DNA of 64,000 nucleotides, taken from contig CAVPHU010000004.1 of the NCBI GenBank assembly GCA_963704815.1, positions 2,354 to 66,353 of the forward strand, given 5' to 3'. Below the pieces are notes generated by a model. That model made no database searches. It was not told where the DNA came from and was given only the letters and a program-made list of their open reading frames with translations. Of the stretch, positions 57,317 through 64,000 are shown piece by piece; position 1 is the stretch's first letter; every line of letters begins with the position of its first letter. The translations under genes and the position numbers were made by a program. This stretch comes from an uncultured Acidimicrobiaceae bacterium. Its GTDB lineage: Bacteria; Actinomycetota; Acidimicrobiia; Acidimicrobiales; Salinilacustritrichaceae.

Positions 57317-58945
57317 TCAGATGCCGGCCGGTTCGACGTAGGTGCCGAACACCGTCTCGAGGGCAGCGACGATCTCGCCCTCGGTGGCGTAGGTGCGCAC
57401 CGCCTCGATCAGGGACGGCATGACGTTGACGTCGGGACGTTCGGCCGCGGCGACGACCGCGGCCAAGGCTGCGTCGACGGCCGCCTGATCGCGCTCGCCC
57501 TTGATCTGCTCGAGCCGCTTGAGCTGGTACTCCTCGACCTCGGGCCCGATCTGGAGGATCGGCACCTTGTCATCGGAGCCCTCGGTGAAGCCGTTCACGC
57601 CCACCACGATGCGGCGACCGCTGTTGACCCTGCGCTCGAAGTCGTAGGCCGAGTCGGCGATGGCGCCGACGAAGTAGCCGTTGTCGATGCCGGCGTACAC
57701 CCCTTCGAGCATCGAGCCGTTCCCCAGATCGTCGAGATGGGCGAAGATCTCCTCGGCCTGACGCTCCATCTCGTCGGTCATCCACTCGACGAAGGGTGCG
57801 CCGCCGAGTGGGTCGGCGACGCTGGCCACGCCCGTCTCGTGGGCGACGATCTGCTGGGTGCGCAGAGCGATGCGGGCGGCGTCCTCGGTGGGAAGGGCGA
57901 GCGCCTCGTCGAAGCTGTCGGTGTGGAGCGACTGGGTGCCACCGAGCACCCCGGCCAGCGCCTGGAGCGCCACCCGGGCGATGTTGTTCTCGGGCTGCTG
58001 GGCGGTGAGCGACACGCCCGCGGTCTGGGTGTGGAAGCGGCACAGCATCGACTTCTCGTCCTGCGCGCCGTAGCGCTCCTTCATCCAGCGGGCCCAGATA
58101 CGCCGGGCGGCCCGGAACTTGCCGATCTCCTCGAAGAAGTCGAGGTGGCTGTTGAAGAAGAAGCTCAGCCGCGGGCCGAAGTCGTCGACGTCGAGTCCGG
58201 CCGCGATCGCCGCTTCGACGTAGGCGAACCCGTTGGCCAGGGTGAACGCCAACTCTTCGGCCGCCGTCGACCCGGCTTCGCGGATGTGGTAGCCCGAGAT
58301 CGACACCGGGTGCCACCGGGGCATCTCGGCCGAGGTGAACCGCATCATGTCGGTCACCAGCCGAACCGACGGGCGCGGCGGGAAGATGTACTCCTTCTGC
58401 GCCTGGTACTCCTTGAGGATGTCGTTCTGAATCGTGCCGGCCAGCCGGGTGCGCTCGACCCCGGTCTTCTCGGCCACTGCGACATACATGGCCATCAGGA
58501 TCGGCGCCGGACCATTGATCGTCATCGACGTCGACACGTCGGCGAGGTCGATGCCGGCGAAGAGGTCCTCCATGTCGGCGAGCGTGTCGACGGCCACGCC
58601 GGCCTTGCCCACCTCGCCGAGCGCCCACTCGTGGTCGGAATCTCGGCCCATCAGCGTCGGCATGTCGAACGCCGTCGACAGGCCGGTGCCACCATGGCGC
58701 AGCAGTTCCTTGAACCGGGCGTTGGTGTCCTCGGCCGTGCCGAACCCGGCGAACATGCGCATCGTCCACAGCCTCGACCGGTACATCGAGGCATAGGGCC
58801 CACGGGTGTAGGGGTACTGCCCGGGGTAGGGGCCGTCGCCGTAGACGGGGTCGACCGGCACCCCGGACATCGTCTCGAAGTCGGCATCTCGAAGCGTCGA
58901 AGCCTCGTACGCCGCCTTCCACCGCTCCTGCGCGTCGTCGTTCAC
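57317..58945 (-). CDS. Acyl-CoA mutase large (substrate-binding) subunit with an isobutyryl-CoA-mutase-type signature
   Basis: YPYTRGPYASMYRSRLWTMRMFAGFGTAEDTN and QNDILKEYQAQKEYIFPP. That is Phe and Gln where methylmalonyl-CoA mutases carry Tyr and Arg. Confidence 0.8.
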   Translation of the reverse strand: MNDDAQERWKAAYEASTLRDADFETMSGVPVDPVYGDGPYPGQYPYTRGPYASMYRSRLWTMRMFAGFGTAEDTNARFKELLRHGGTGLSTAFDMPTLMGRDSDHEWALGEVGKAGVAVDTLADMEDLFAGIDLADVSTSMTINGPAPILMAMYVAVAEKTGVERTRLAGTIQNDILKEYQAQKEYIFPPRPSVRLVTDMMRFTSAEMPRWHPVSISGYHIREAGSTAAEELAFTLANGFAYVEAAIAAGLDVDDFGPRLSFFFNSHLDFFEEIGKFRAARRIWARWMKERYGAQDEKSMLCRFHTQTAGVSLTAQQPENNIARVALQALAGVLGGTQSLHTDSFDEALALPTEDAARIALRTQQIVAHETGVASVADPLGGAPFVEWMTDEMERQAEEIFAHLDDLGNGSMLEGVYAGIDNGYFVGAIADSAYDFERRVNSGRRIVVGVNGFTEGSDDKVPILQIGPEVEEYQLKRLEQIKGERDQAAVDAALAAVVAAAERPDVNVMPSLIEAVRTYATEGEIVAALETVFGTYVEPAGI

Positions 58946-59017
58946 GGACGAGACGATACTTCAACGTCGAAGTACTCGCCCTTTACGGTCGGCCCGTTCC
59001 GGAGGACACTTGGCGGT

Positions 59018-60304
59018 GTGAAAGCCACGTCGAGCCATCCGTTCCTCATTCTCGCCGCAGCATGTTCGGCCGCCGCCGGCATGATCCACGCGGGCGCCGC
59101 CGGCTCGCACGCCGAGTTGGGAACACTGGCGGTGCTCTACGCCATCGTGGCCGTGCTCCAGGTGGCATGGGCCGTCGCCGCGGTCACCCGGGGCGGGCGC
59201 ACCATCATCATGGCCGGCCTCGCCCTGCAGATCGTCACGTTCGGCGCCTGGGTCGTCAGCCGGATCTCGGGGATCTCGTTCATCTCCGGGCTGGAGGAAC
59301 AGCTGTCCATCGGCTTCCAGGACGGGATGGTCGCCGCGTTCGAGTTCGTCGCCATCATCGGCTGTCTGGTGGCCCTCGGCGTGAAGGCCACCGGCAAGGT
59401 GTGGCGACCGGTCGCCGGCGCCGTCGGCGCCCTTGCGCTGATCGCCGCCGTTCCCGCCATGGCGGCTGAGCACGACCACGGCTCACACGCCCACGACGAG
59501 ACGGCGGCGAGTCACGACGACCATCCCGACGACGACCATGCCGGCGATGCAGCGCACGACCACGGTGACGAGAAAGCGGTCAACGATCACGGCATGACCG
59601 AGGCCGAGCACGAAGCCATGTTGGCCGCCGCGTCCGAACGGGTCGGCAAGACCTCCGAAGAGCTCGGCTATCCGTCGCAGTTCGCCATGTGGTTCGACGA
59701 CCCGTCGCTCACCGCCGAGCAGATCGAAGCGGCCGAGACCCTGCTCGTCGAGACCAACGAGGCCATGAAGGCCTTCCCCGACGAGCAGTCGGTCAAGGAC
59801 GCCGGCTACGTCTCGATCGGCGACAGCGTCACGGGCTGGGAGCACTACATCAACATCGGCTTCATCGGCACCCAGGAGACGTTGAACCCCGACGCCATCG
59901 AGTCGATCGTGCTGAAGGTCAATCCCGACGGCACGAAGGACGTCGCCTCGGCGATGTACCTGATGACCAACGGCACCATGGCCGACGCCCCCGACATCGC
60001 CGGCGACCTCACCCAGTGGCACGACCACCAGAACCTGTGCTGGATCGGCGTCCAGGTCGTGGGCACCACCGACGCCACCGGCTCGTGCGAGGCCGGCACC
60101 TTCCGGGCCACGGCACCGATGATCCACGTCTGGATGATCGAGCACCCGTGCGGCCCGTTCGCCGGCATCGAGGGCTCACACGGCGAGGGCTGCGATCACG
60201 GCCACGGTGACCACGGCGGCGAAGAAGCCGAGCCCCAGGCCGCCACCGCCGGCGAACCCGACGTCCCCGACGGTCACGACAACAGCGACGGCCACCACGA
60301 CTGA
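59018..60304 (+). CDS. Membrane protein with two His/Asp-rich tracts (possible metal binding)
   Basis: GTG start 11 nt after GGAGGA. Four or five TM segments. AEHDHGSHAHDETAASHDDHPDDDHAGDAAHDHGDE and C-terminal SHGEGCDHGHGDHGG...DGHDNSDGHHD. Confidence 0.6.
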   Translation: MKATSSHPFLILAAACSAAAGMIHAGAAGSHAELGTLAVLYAIVAVLQVAWAVAAVTRGGRTIIMAGLALQIVTFGAWVVSRISGISFISGLEEQLSIGFQDGMVAAFEFVAIIGCLVALGVKATGKVWRPVAGAVGALALIAAVPAMAAEHDHGSHAHDETAASHDDHPDDDHAGDAAHDHGDEKAVNDHGMTEAEHEAMLAAASERVGKTSEELGYPSQFAMWFDDPSLTAEQIEAAETLLVETNEAMKAFPDEQSVKDAGYVSIGDSVTGWEHYINIGFIGTQETLNPDAIESIVLKVNPDGTKDVASAMYLMTNGTMADAPDIAGDLTQWHDHQNLCWIGVQVVGTTDATGSCEAGTFRATAPMIHVWMIEHPCGPFAGIEGSHGEGCDHGHGDHGGEEAEPQAATAGEPDVPDGHDNSDGHHD

Positions 60305-60335
60305 CCCCCCACCCCACGGATCCTTGTGCGCTTCT

Positions 60336-60367
60336 GACCATTGTCTGGCCTGAACCGGACAGAGATC
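60336..60367. repeat. Hairpin repeat family 2, partial copy D (lacks the 5' arm)
   Basis: GACCATTGTCTGGCCTGAACCGGACAGAGATC, between convergent genes. Confidence 0.75.
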
Positions 60368-60459
60368 CGAACTGTCTTGCAGTCAGGTGCGTAGATCGAC
60401 TCGACCTCGACCGCCAACAGCAGGACCACCATCACCCGCAACGGACGGGCGGCTGGCCC

Positions 60460-61320
60460 TCACCGCAGTTGGTCGACGTAGGTCTCGGTTCCGGGGAGGG
60501 TGGGGATGAACGGGGCCGACAGGACGATCGAACCCAGGCCGCCGGCGGCGATGCGCTGGGCGTTCGGGGCGAAGTGATCGGCCCAGCACTCGCGTGGATC
60601 GACGTCGAGGAAGTGCAGCAGCGTCAGCCGTCGGTCGAGCGCAGGCGTGTCGAGCACCTTCACGCCTTCCCCTTTGCGGACCGGCATCGGAATGGGTTCC
60701 CAACGAAGTGACATCGCAACCGGTCCGGAGGTGACCGGCGGCAGGTACTCATCGGCGAGCCAGGCGTCGAGATCGTCGCGCTCGACTCCCTCGTCGGCAT
60801 CGACGACCTCCATCACCAGGCCCTCGTACGGCAGGTCGAGGGCGTGGATGTCGCGCGGCCCACCCTCATCGCGGTAGGTCGGCCCGTTGTAGTACTGGAA
60901 GTTGGTGAAGACGTGGGTGCGGTGCTCGTCGAAGCCGCGACCGTCGGCATTCAGCCGATTGTTGGTGGCGGCCGCCCAGTAGAACTGCTCCTTGTAGCGG
61001 CCCTCGACGAGCCAGTAGGTCGACAGGTAGCAGCCGGCGGTCACGGGGTCGGCGATCGGCGACTCGTCGGGGATCCGCAGCAGTTGGAGCTCGCGGGTCG
61101 CCACCCACCTCCGCCCGGCGAACACCCAGGGGAACGCCATGGCGCCCGAGATGTAGTGGTCGTCTTCGTACCAGCGGTTGTAGGCAGCCTCGTGACCGAC
61201 GTGCGGCTCGACGAGGGTGATCAGTGCCGAACCGATCTTGGCCGCGTAGGGACCCTCGCCGGGCAGCGTGGCCCAGTCCTGAGAAGGTCGGTCGGTGCGG
61301 GTCTTGTCGAGGCTCGTCAC
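60460..61320 (-). CDS. Conserved hypothetical protein, translationally coupled to glnS
   Basis: The GTG at 61320 overlaps the glnS stop (GTGA). High-GC3 ORF: ...EPHVGHEAAYNRWYEDDHYISGAMAFPW... Confidence 0.6.
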   Translation of the reverse strand: MTSLDKTRTDRPSQDWATLPGEGPYAAKIGSALITLVEPHVGHEAAYNRWYEDDHYISGAMAFPWVFAGRRWVATRELQLLRIPDESPIADPVTAGCYLSTYWLVEGRYKEQFYWAAATNNRLNADGRGFDEHRTHVFTNFQYYNGPTYRDEGGPRDIHALDLPYEGLVMEVVDADEGVERDDLDAWLADEYLPPVTSGPVAMSLRWEPIPMPVRKGEGVKVLDTPALDRRLTLLHFLDVDPRECWADHFAPNAQRIAAGGLGSIVLSAPFIPTLPGTETYVDQLR

Positions 61321-63041
61321 GGTTGGCCTTTCAGCTTCGGCTCGTTCTGTTTGCGCTTCTGGATGTTCCTCCACTCGTCACGCAGCCCGACGGTGCGGTG
61401 GAACGTGTCGGGCGACTCGGGATCGGCGGCGAAGTACCCGAGCCGTTCGAACTGGACGACGGTTCCGGGCGGGGTGTCGGCCAGGGCCGGCTCGACCTTG
61501 GCCGTCACCGTCTCTCGTGAGGACGGGTTGAGCGACGCGAACGGATCGGCGCCGTCGGCACCGGGGTGCGCGTCGGTGAAGAGCCGGTCGTAGAGGTGCA
61601 CCGTGGCGTCGACGGCGTGGGCGGCCGACACCCAGTGCATGGTCGACTTCACCTTGCGACCGTCGGGGGCGTTGCCGCCGCGGGTCTCGGGGTCGTAGGT
61701 GGCACGGACCTCGACCACGTTGCCGTCGTCGTCGGTGATCGCCTCGGTGGCGGTGATGAAGTAGCCGGCCCGAAGCCGGACCTCGCGACCGATGGTGAGC
61801 CGGAAGTACTTCTTGGGTGGGTCGAGCATGAAGTCGTCCTGCTCGATGTAGAGCTCGCCGCTGAACGGCACCTCGCGCGTGCCTGCCGCGTCGTCCTCGG
61901 GATTGTTGATCGCCTCGACGTGGTCGACCTCGCCCCCTGCCCCGTCTTGTCGGCCAGGCCAGTTGGTGATGACCACTTTCAGGGGCCGCAGCACGCCCAT
62001 CCGGCGCAGGGCGTGCGCATTGAGGTGGGTGCGGACGAAGGATTCGAGGAGCTCGATCTCGACGGTGCTGTTGGTCTTGGCCACCCCGATGTGCTCGACG
62101 AAGGCCCGAATTGCCTCGGGCGGGTAGCCCCGTCTCCGCAACCCGCGCAACGTGGGCATGCGCGGGTCGTCCCAGCCGTCGACGTGACCCTCGGCGACGA
62201 GCCTGCGCAGGAGCCGCTTCGACATGAGCGTGTGGGTCAGACCGAGGCGGGCGAACTCGATCTGGACCGGCGGCTCGTGCGGGAGGTCGAGATGTTCGAG
62301 GCACCACTCGTAGAGCGGTCGGTGATCCTCGAACTCGAGGGTGCAGATCGAGTGGGTGACCCCCTCGATGGCGTCGGACTGACCGTGGGCCCAGTCGTAG
62401 GTCGGGTAGATGACCCACCGGTCGTCGGTGCGCTGGTGGGGCACGCGGCGGATTCGATAGAGCACCGGGTCACGCAGCGACATCACCGAAGCGTGCATGT
62501 CGATCTTGGCGCGAAGCACCTTCTCACCGTCGGCGAAGGCGCCGTCGCGCATCTGCCGGAAGAGCCCGCGGTTCTCCTCCGGCGACCGATCGCGGAACGG
62601 GCTCTCGACCCCCGATTCGCCGAACCCGCCACGCTGCGCGCTGATGGTCTCGGCGTCCTGGTCGTCGACATAGGCGAGCCCCTGCTCGATCAGCTCGACC
62701 GCCCACTCGTACAGCTGGTCGAAGTAGTCGGAAGCGTGGAAGACCTCGGCCGGCTCGAACCCGAGCCACGCCAAGTCTTCGTGGATGGCATCGACGTAGC
62801 TGATGTCTTCGGCTTCGGGGTTGGTGTCGTCGAACCGGAGGTTGCAGATGCCGCCGAAGTCGGCGGCGACCCCGAAGTTGAGGCCGATCGACTTGGCGTG
62901 GCCGATGTGCATGTACCCGTTGGGCTCGGGCGGGAAGCGGGTCTGGACCCGACCGCCGTAGGTCCCGGCGGCGAGATCGGCACGAACCCGTTCGCGGACG
63001 AAGTCGGTCGACGTCGACGCGTCGTCGGGGGCTTCGCTCAC
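61317..63041 (-). CDS. glnS: Glutamine--tRNA ligase (class I)
   Basis: RFPPEPNGYMHIGHAKS (HIGH), LMSKR (KMSKS-type), YPTYDWAHGQSDAIEGVTHSICTLEF, C-terminal anticodon-binding beta-barrels. Confidence 0.9.
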   Translation of the reverse strand: MSEAPDDASTSTDFVRERVRADLAAGTYGGRVQTRFPPEPNGYMHIGHAKSIGLNFGVAADFGGICNLRFDDTNPEAEDISYVDAIHEDLAWLGFEPAEVFHASDYFDQLYEWAVELIEQGLAYVDDQDAETISAQRGGFGESGVESPFRDRSPEENRGLFRQMRDGAFADGEKVLRAKIDMHASVMSLRDPVLYRIRRVPHQRTDDRWVIYPTYDWAHGQSDAIEGVTHSICTLEFEDHRPLYEWCLEHLDLPHEPPVQIEFARLGLTHTLMSKRLLRRLVAEGHVDGWDDPRMPTLRGLRRRGYPPEAIRAFVEHIGVAKTNSTVEIELLESFVRTHLNAHALRRMGVLRPLKVVITNWPGRQDGAGGEVDHVEAINNPEDDAAGTREVPFSGELYIEQDDFMLDPPKKYFRLTIGREVRLRAGYFITATEAITDDDGNVVEVRATYDPETRGGNAPDGRKVKSTMHWVSAAHAVDATVHLYDRLFTDAHPGADGADPFASLNPSSRETVTAKVEPALADTPPGTVVQFERLGYFAADPESPDTFHRTVGLRDEWRNIQKRKQNEPKLKGQP

Positions 63042-63054
63042 CCCACCAACCTAA

Positions 63055-63091
63055 GGAGCTGCGGGGATAGGGCCAATTTTCGCAGCTCCCC
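63055..63091. repeat. Hairpin repeat family 3, copy 2
   Basis: GGAGCTGCGgggatagggccaattttCGCAGCTCCCC, 14 nt upstream of the glnS GTG on the minus strand. Confidence 0.85.
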
Positions 63092-63171
63092 GTCCTGTCC
63101 GCTCAGGTTCGGCCTGCGGCCTCACGGGCCACTCGGGCCCCGAGGCCATCGGCGGTCAGGTCGCGACCGGG

Positions 63172-63393
63172 TCAGGCGCCGGCGAGACGGGGCGGGAACC
63201 CACCCTTGGCGATCGGTCCCCAGCGCTCGATGGTGAGGCGGATGAGCGACTTGCCCTGGTCGACCATCGCCTGGCGGTACTCGTCCCAATCGGCATGCTC
63301 GCCGCTGATGCGGCGGCGACGAGACCGGGATCCGTCGTCGCCGCGACCCGCTGAGGACGCAACTTCCCGGTGGGCCGTGCGGTTCGCGGTCAT
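63172..63393 (-). CDS. Small hypothetical ORF; the N-terminus is uncertain because the only ATG lies in a repeat unit
   Basis: High-GC3 C-terminal part: ISGEHADWDEYRQAMVDQGKSLIRLTIERWGPIAKGGFPPRLAGA. Confidence 0.3.
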   Translation of the reverse strand: MTANRTAHREVASSAGRGDDGSRSRRRRISGEHADWDEYRQAMVDQGKSLIRLTIERWGPIAKGGFPPRLAGA

Positions 63394-63468
63394 CCGACCG
63401 GGAAGTTCGGAAAGCGACTCGCAACTTCCCGGTGGGCCGTGCGGTTCGCGTCCACTCGACCGGGAAGT
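63362..63468. repeat. Second tandem pair of palindromic repeat family 1 (62-nt period)
   Basis: Copies at 63362-63406 and 63424-63468. Same orientation and spacing as the pair at 12863-12969. Confidence 0.9.
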
Positions 63469-63475
63469 TGGAGCC

Positions 63476-63976
63476 TCAGAGCGTTCGGCGCATGCGGACC
63501 TCGTCCTTGCAGGGGTCCGACGGCAGCGGTTGGAACTCGTCGAGGCTGACGAAGCCGTTGCGCTCGTAGAACGCGAGCGCCCGGTCGTTTCCGACGGTGA
63601 CCCACAGCTCGACCGCGATCGCCGCGACCGCGACCGCGAACTCGACGACTTCGGCGACCAGGCGGTCGGCCAACCCCGAGCCGCGGTGAGCCGGGTCGAC
63701 CCACATCGACACGAGGTTCATGGCGTCGGCGTCGTCGCGTCGGAAGGCCCCGATGATGCCCACCGCCAAGGCGGCGTCGACCGCGAGGAAGTTGGCACTC
63801 GACGGCCCCGAGGACCGATCTCGGGCTGAGGTGTCCCAGTGGCGGTCCGGCAGCACCGATTCCTCGGCGTGGGAGGAACCGAACGCCGACGGTGTGTCGG
63901 CGAGCGCCGCCAGCCGGACCGTTCGGAGCCGTTCGCCGTCGTCGGGTCGGACACGCCGGACCTCGATCGCTCCCAC
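63476..63976 (-). CDS. GNAT family N-acetyltransferase
   Basis: VRPDDGERLRTVRLAAL...MWVDPAHRGSGLADRLV (Q/RxxGxG/A acetyl-CoA motif)...AFYERNGF. Confidence 0.85.
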   Translation of the reverse strand: MGAIEVRRVRPDDGERLRTVRLAALADTPSAFGSSHAEESVLPDRHWDTSARDRSSGPSSANFLAVDAALAVGIIGAFRRDDADAMNLVSMWVDPAHRGSGLADRLVAEVVEFAVAVAAIAVELWVTVGNDRALAFYERNGFVSLDEFQPLPSDPCKDEVRMRRTL

Positions 63977-64000
63977 GCCTCGACGATCCCAGCCGGACGG

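Noticed and set aside
58945-59018. Cobalamin riboswitch upstream of the B12-dependent mutase operon
   Set aside because: The intergenic region is only ~70 nt and lacks a B12-box-like sequence.

Overview
High-GC actinobacterial chromosomal segment. No rRNA, CRISPR array, transposase or intact integrase was seen. Layout: (a) 1-12.8 kb holds decayed integrative/conjugative material: a frame-broken MobF/TraA-type relaxase and tRNA-like scraps. It is followed by a ~9.8 kb block bounded by an intact tRNA-Leu(CAG) and a 56-nt copy of its 3' half. That block carries a LuxR/MalT-like regulator, DUF2252, a histidine phosphatase and three ion-transport genes (SulP, ClC, TMEM175-like). (b) 13-26 kb is the conserved cell-wall/division signalling cluster fhaA-fhaB-pstP-rodA-pbpA-pknB, then trpG, ppx and crgA. 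(c) 26-64 kb is mixed metabolism: thiolase, ABC-F, csoR-copZ-copA, an ABC-2 exporter, glpD, mtnA plus a fused aldolase/SDR, MOSC, an alkyl-sulfatase-like protein, pyrE, MarR plus an ICM-type acyl-CoA mutase, glnS and a GNAT. Most notable observations: (i) an AhpD/CMD-family gene with an in-frame TGA exactly at the second Cys of its CxxC motif, a candidate selenoprotein that a gene caller would split. (ii) A tRNA-Leu att-like duplication with a compensatory T-stem change. (iii) PstP with a very long hyper-acidic tandem-repeat linker. (iv) Three families of intergenic hairpin repeats, and a pair of DnaA-box palindromes next to crgA. (v) mtnA translationally coupled to a fused class II aldolase/SDR. 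Caution: about a dozen single-base frame breaks occur, several at short G/C homopolymers and some in core genes (pstP, ppx). This argues for assembly indels rather than true pseudogenes. Many long ORFs in the track are antisense shadows typical of high-GC DNA and were not called.
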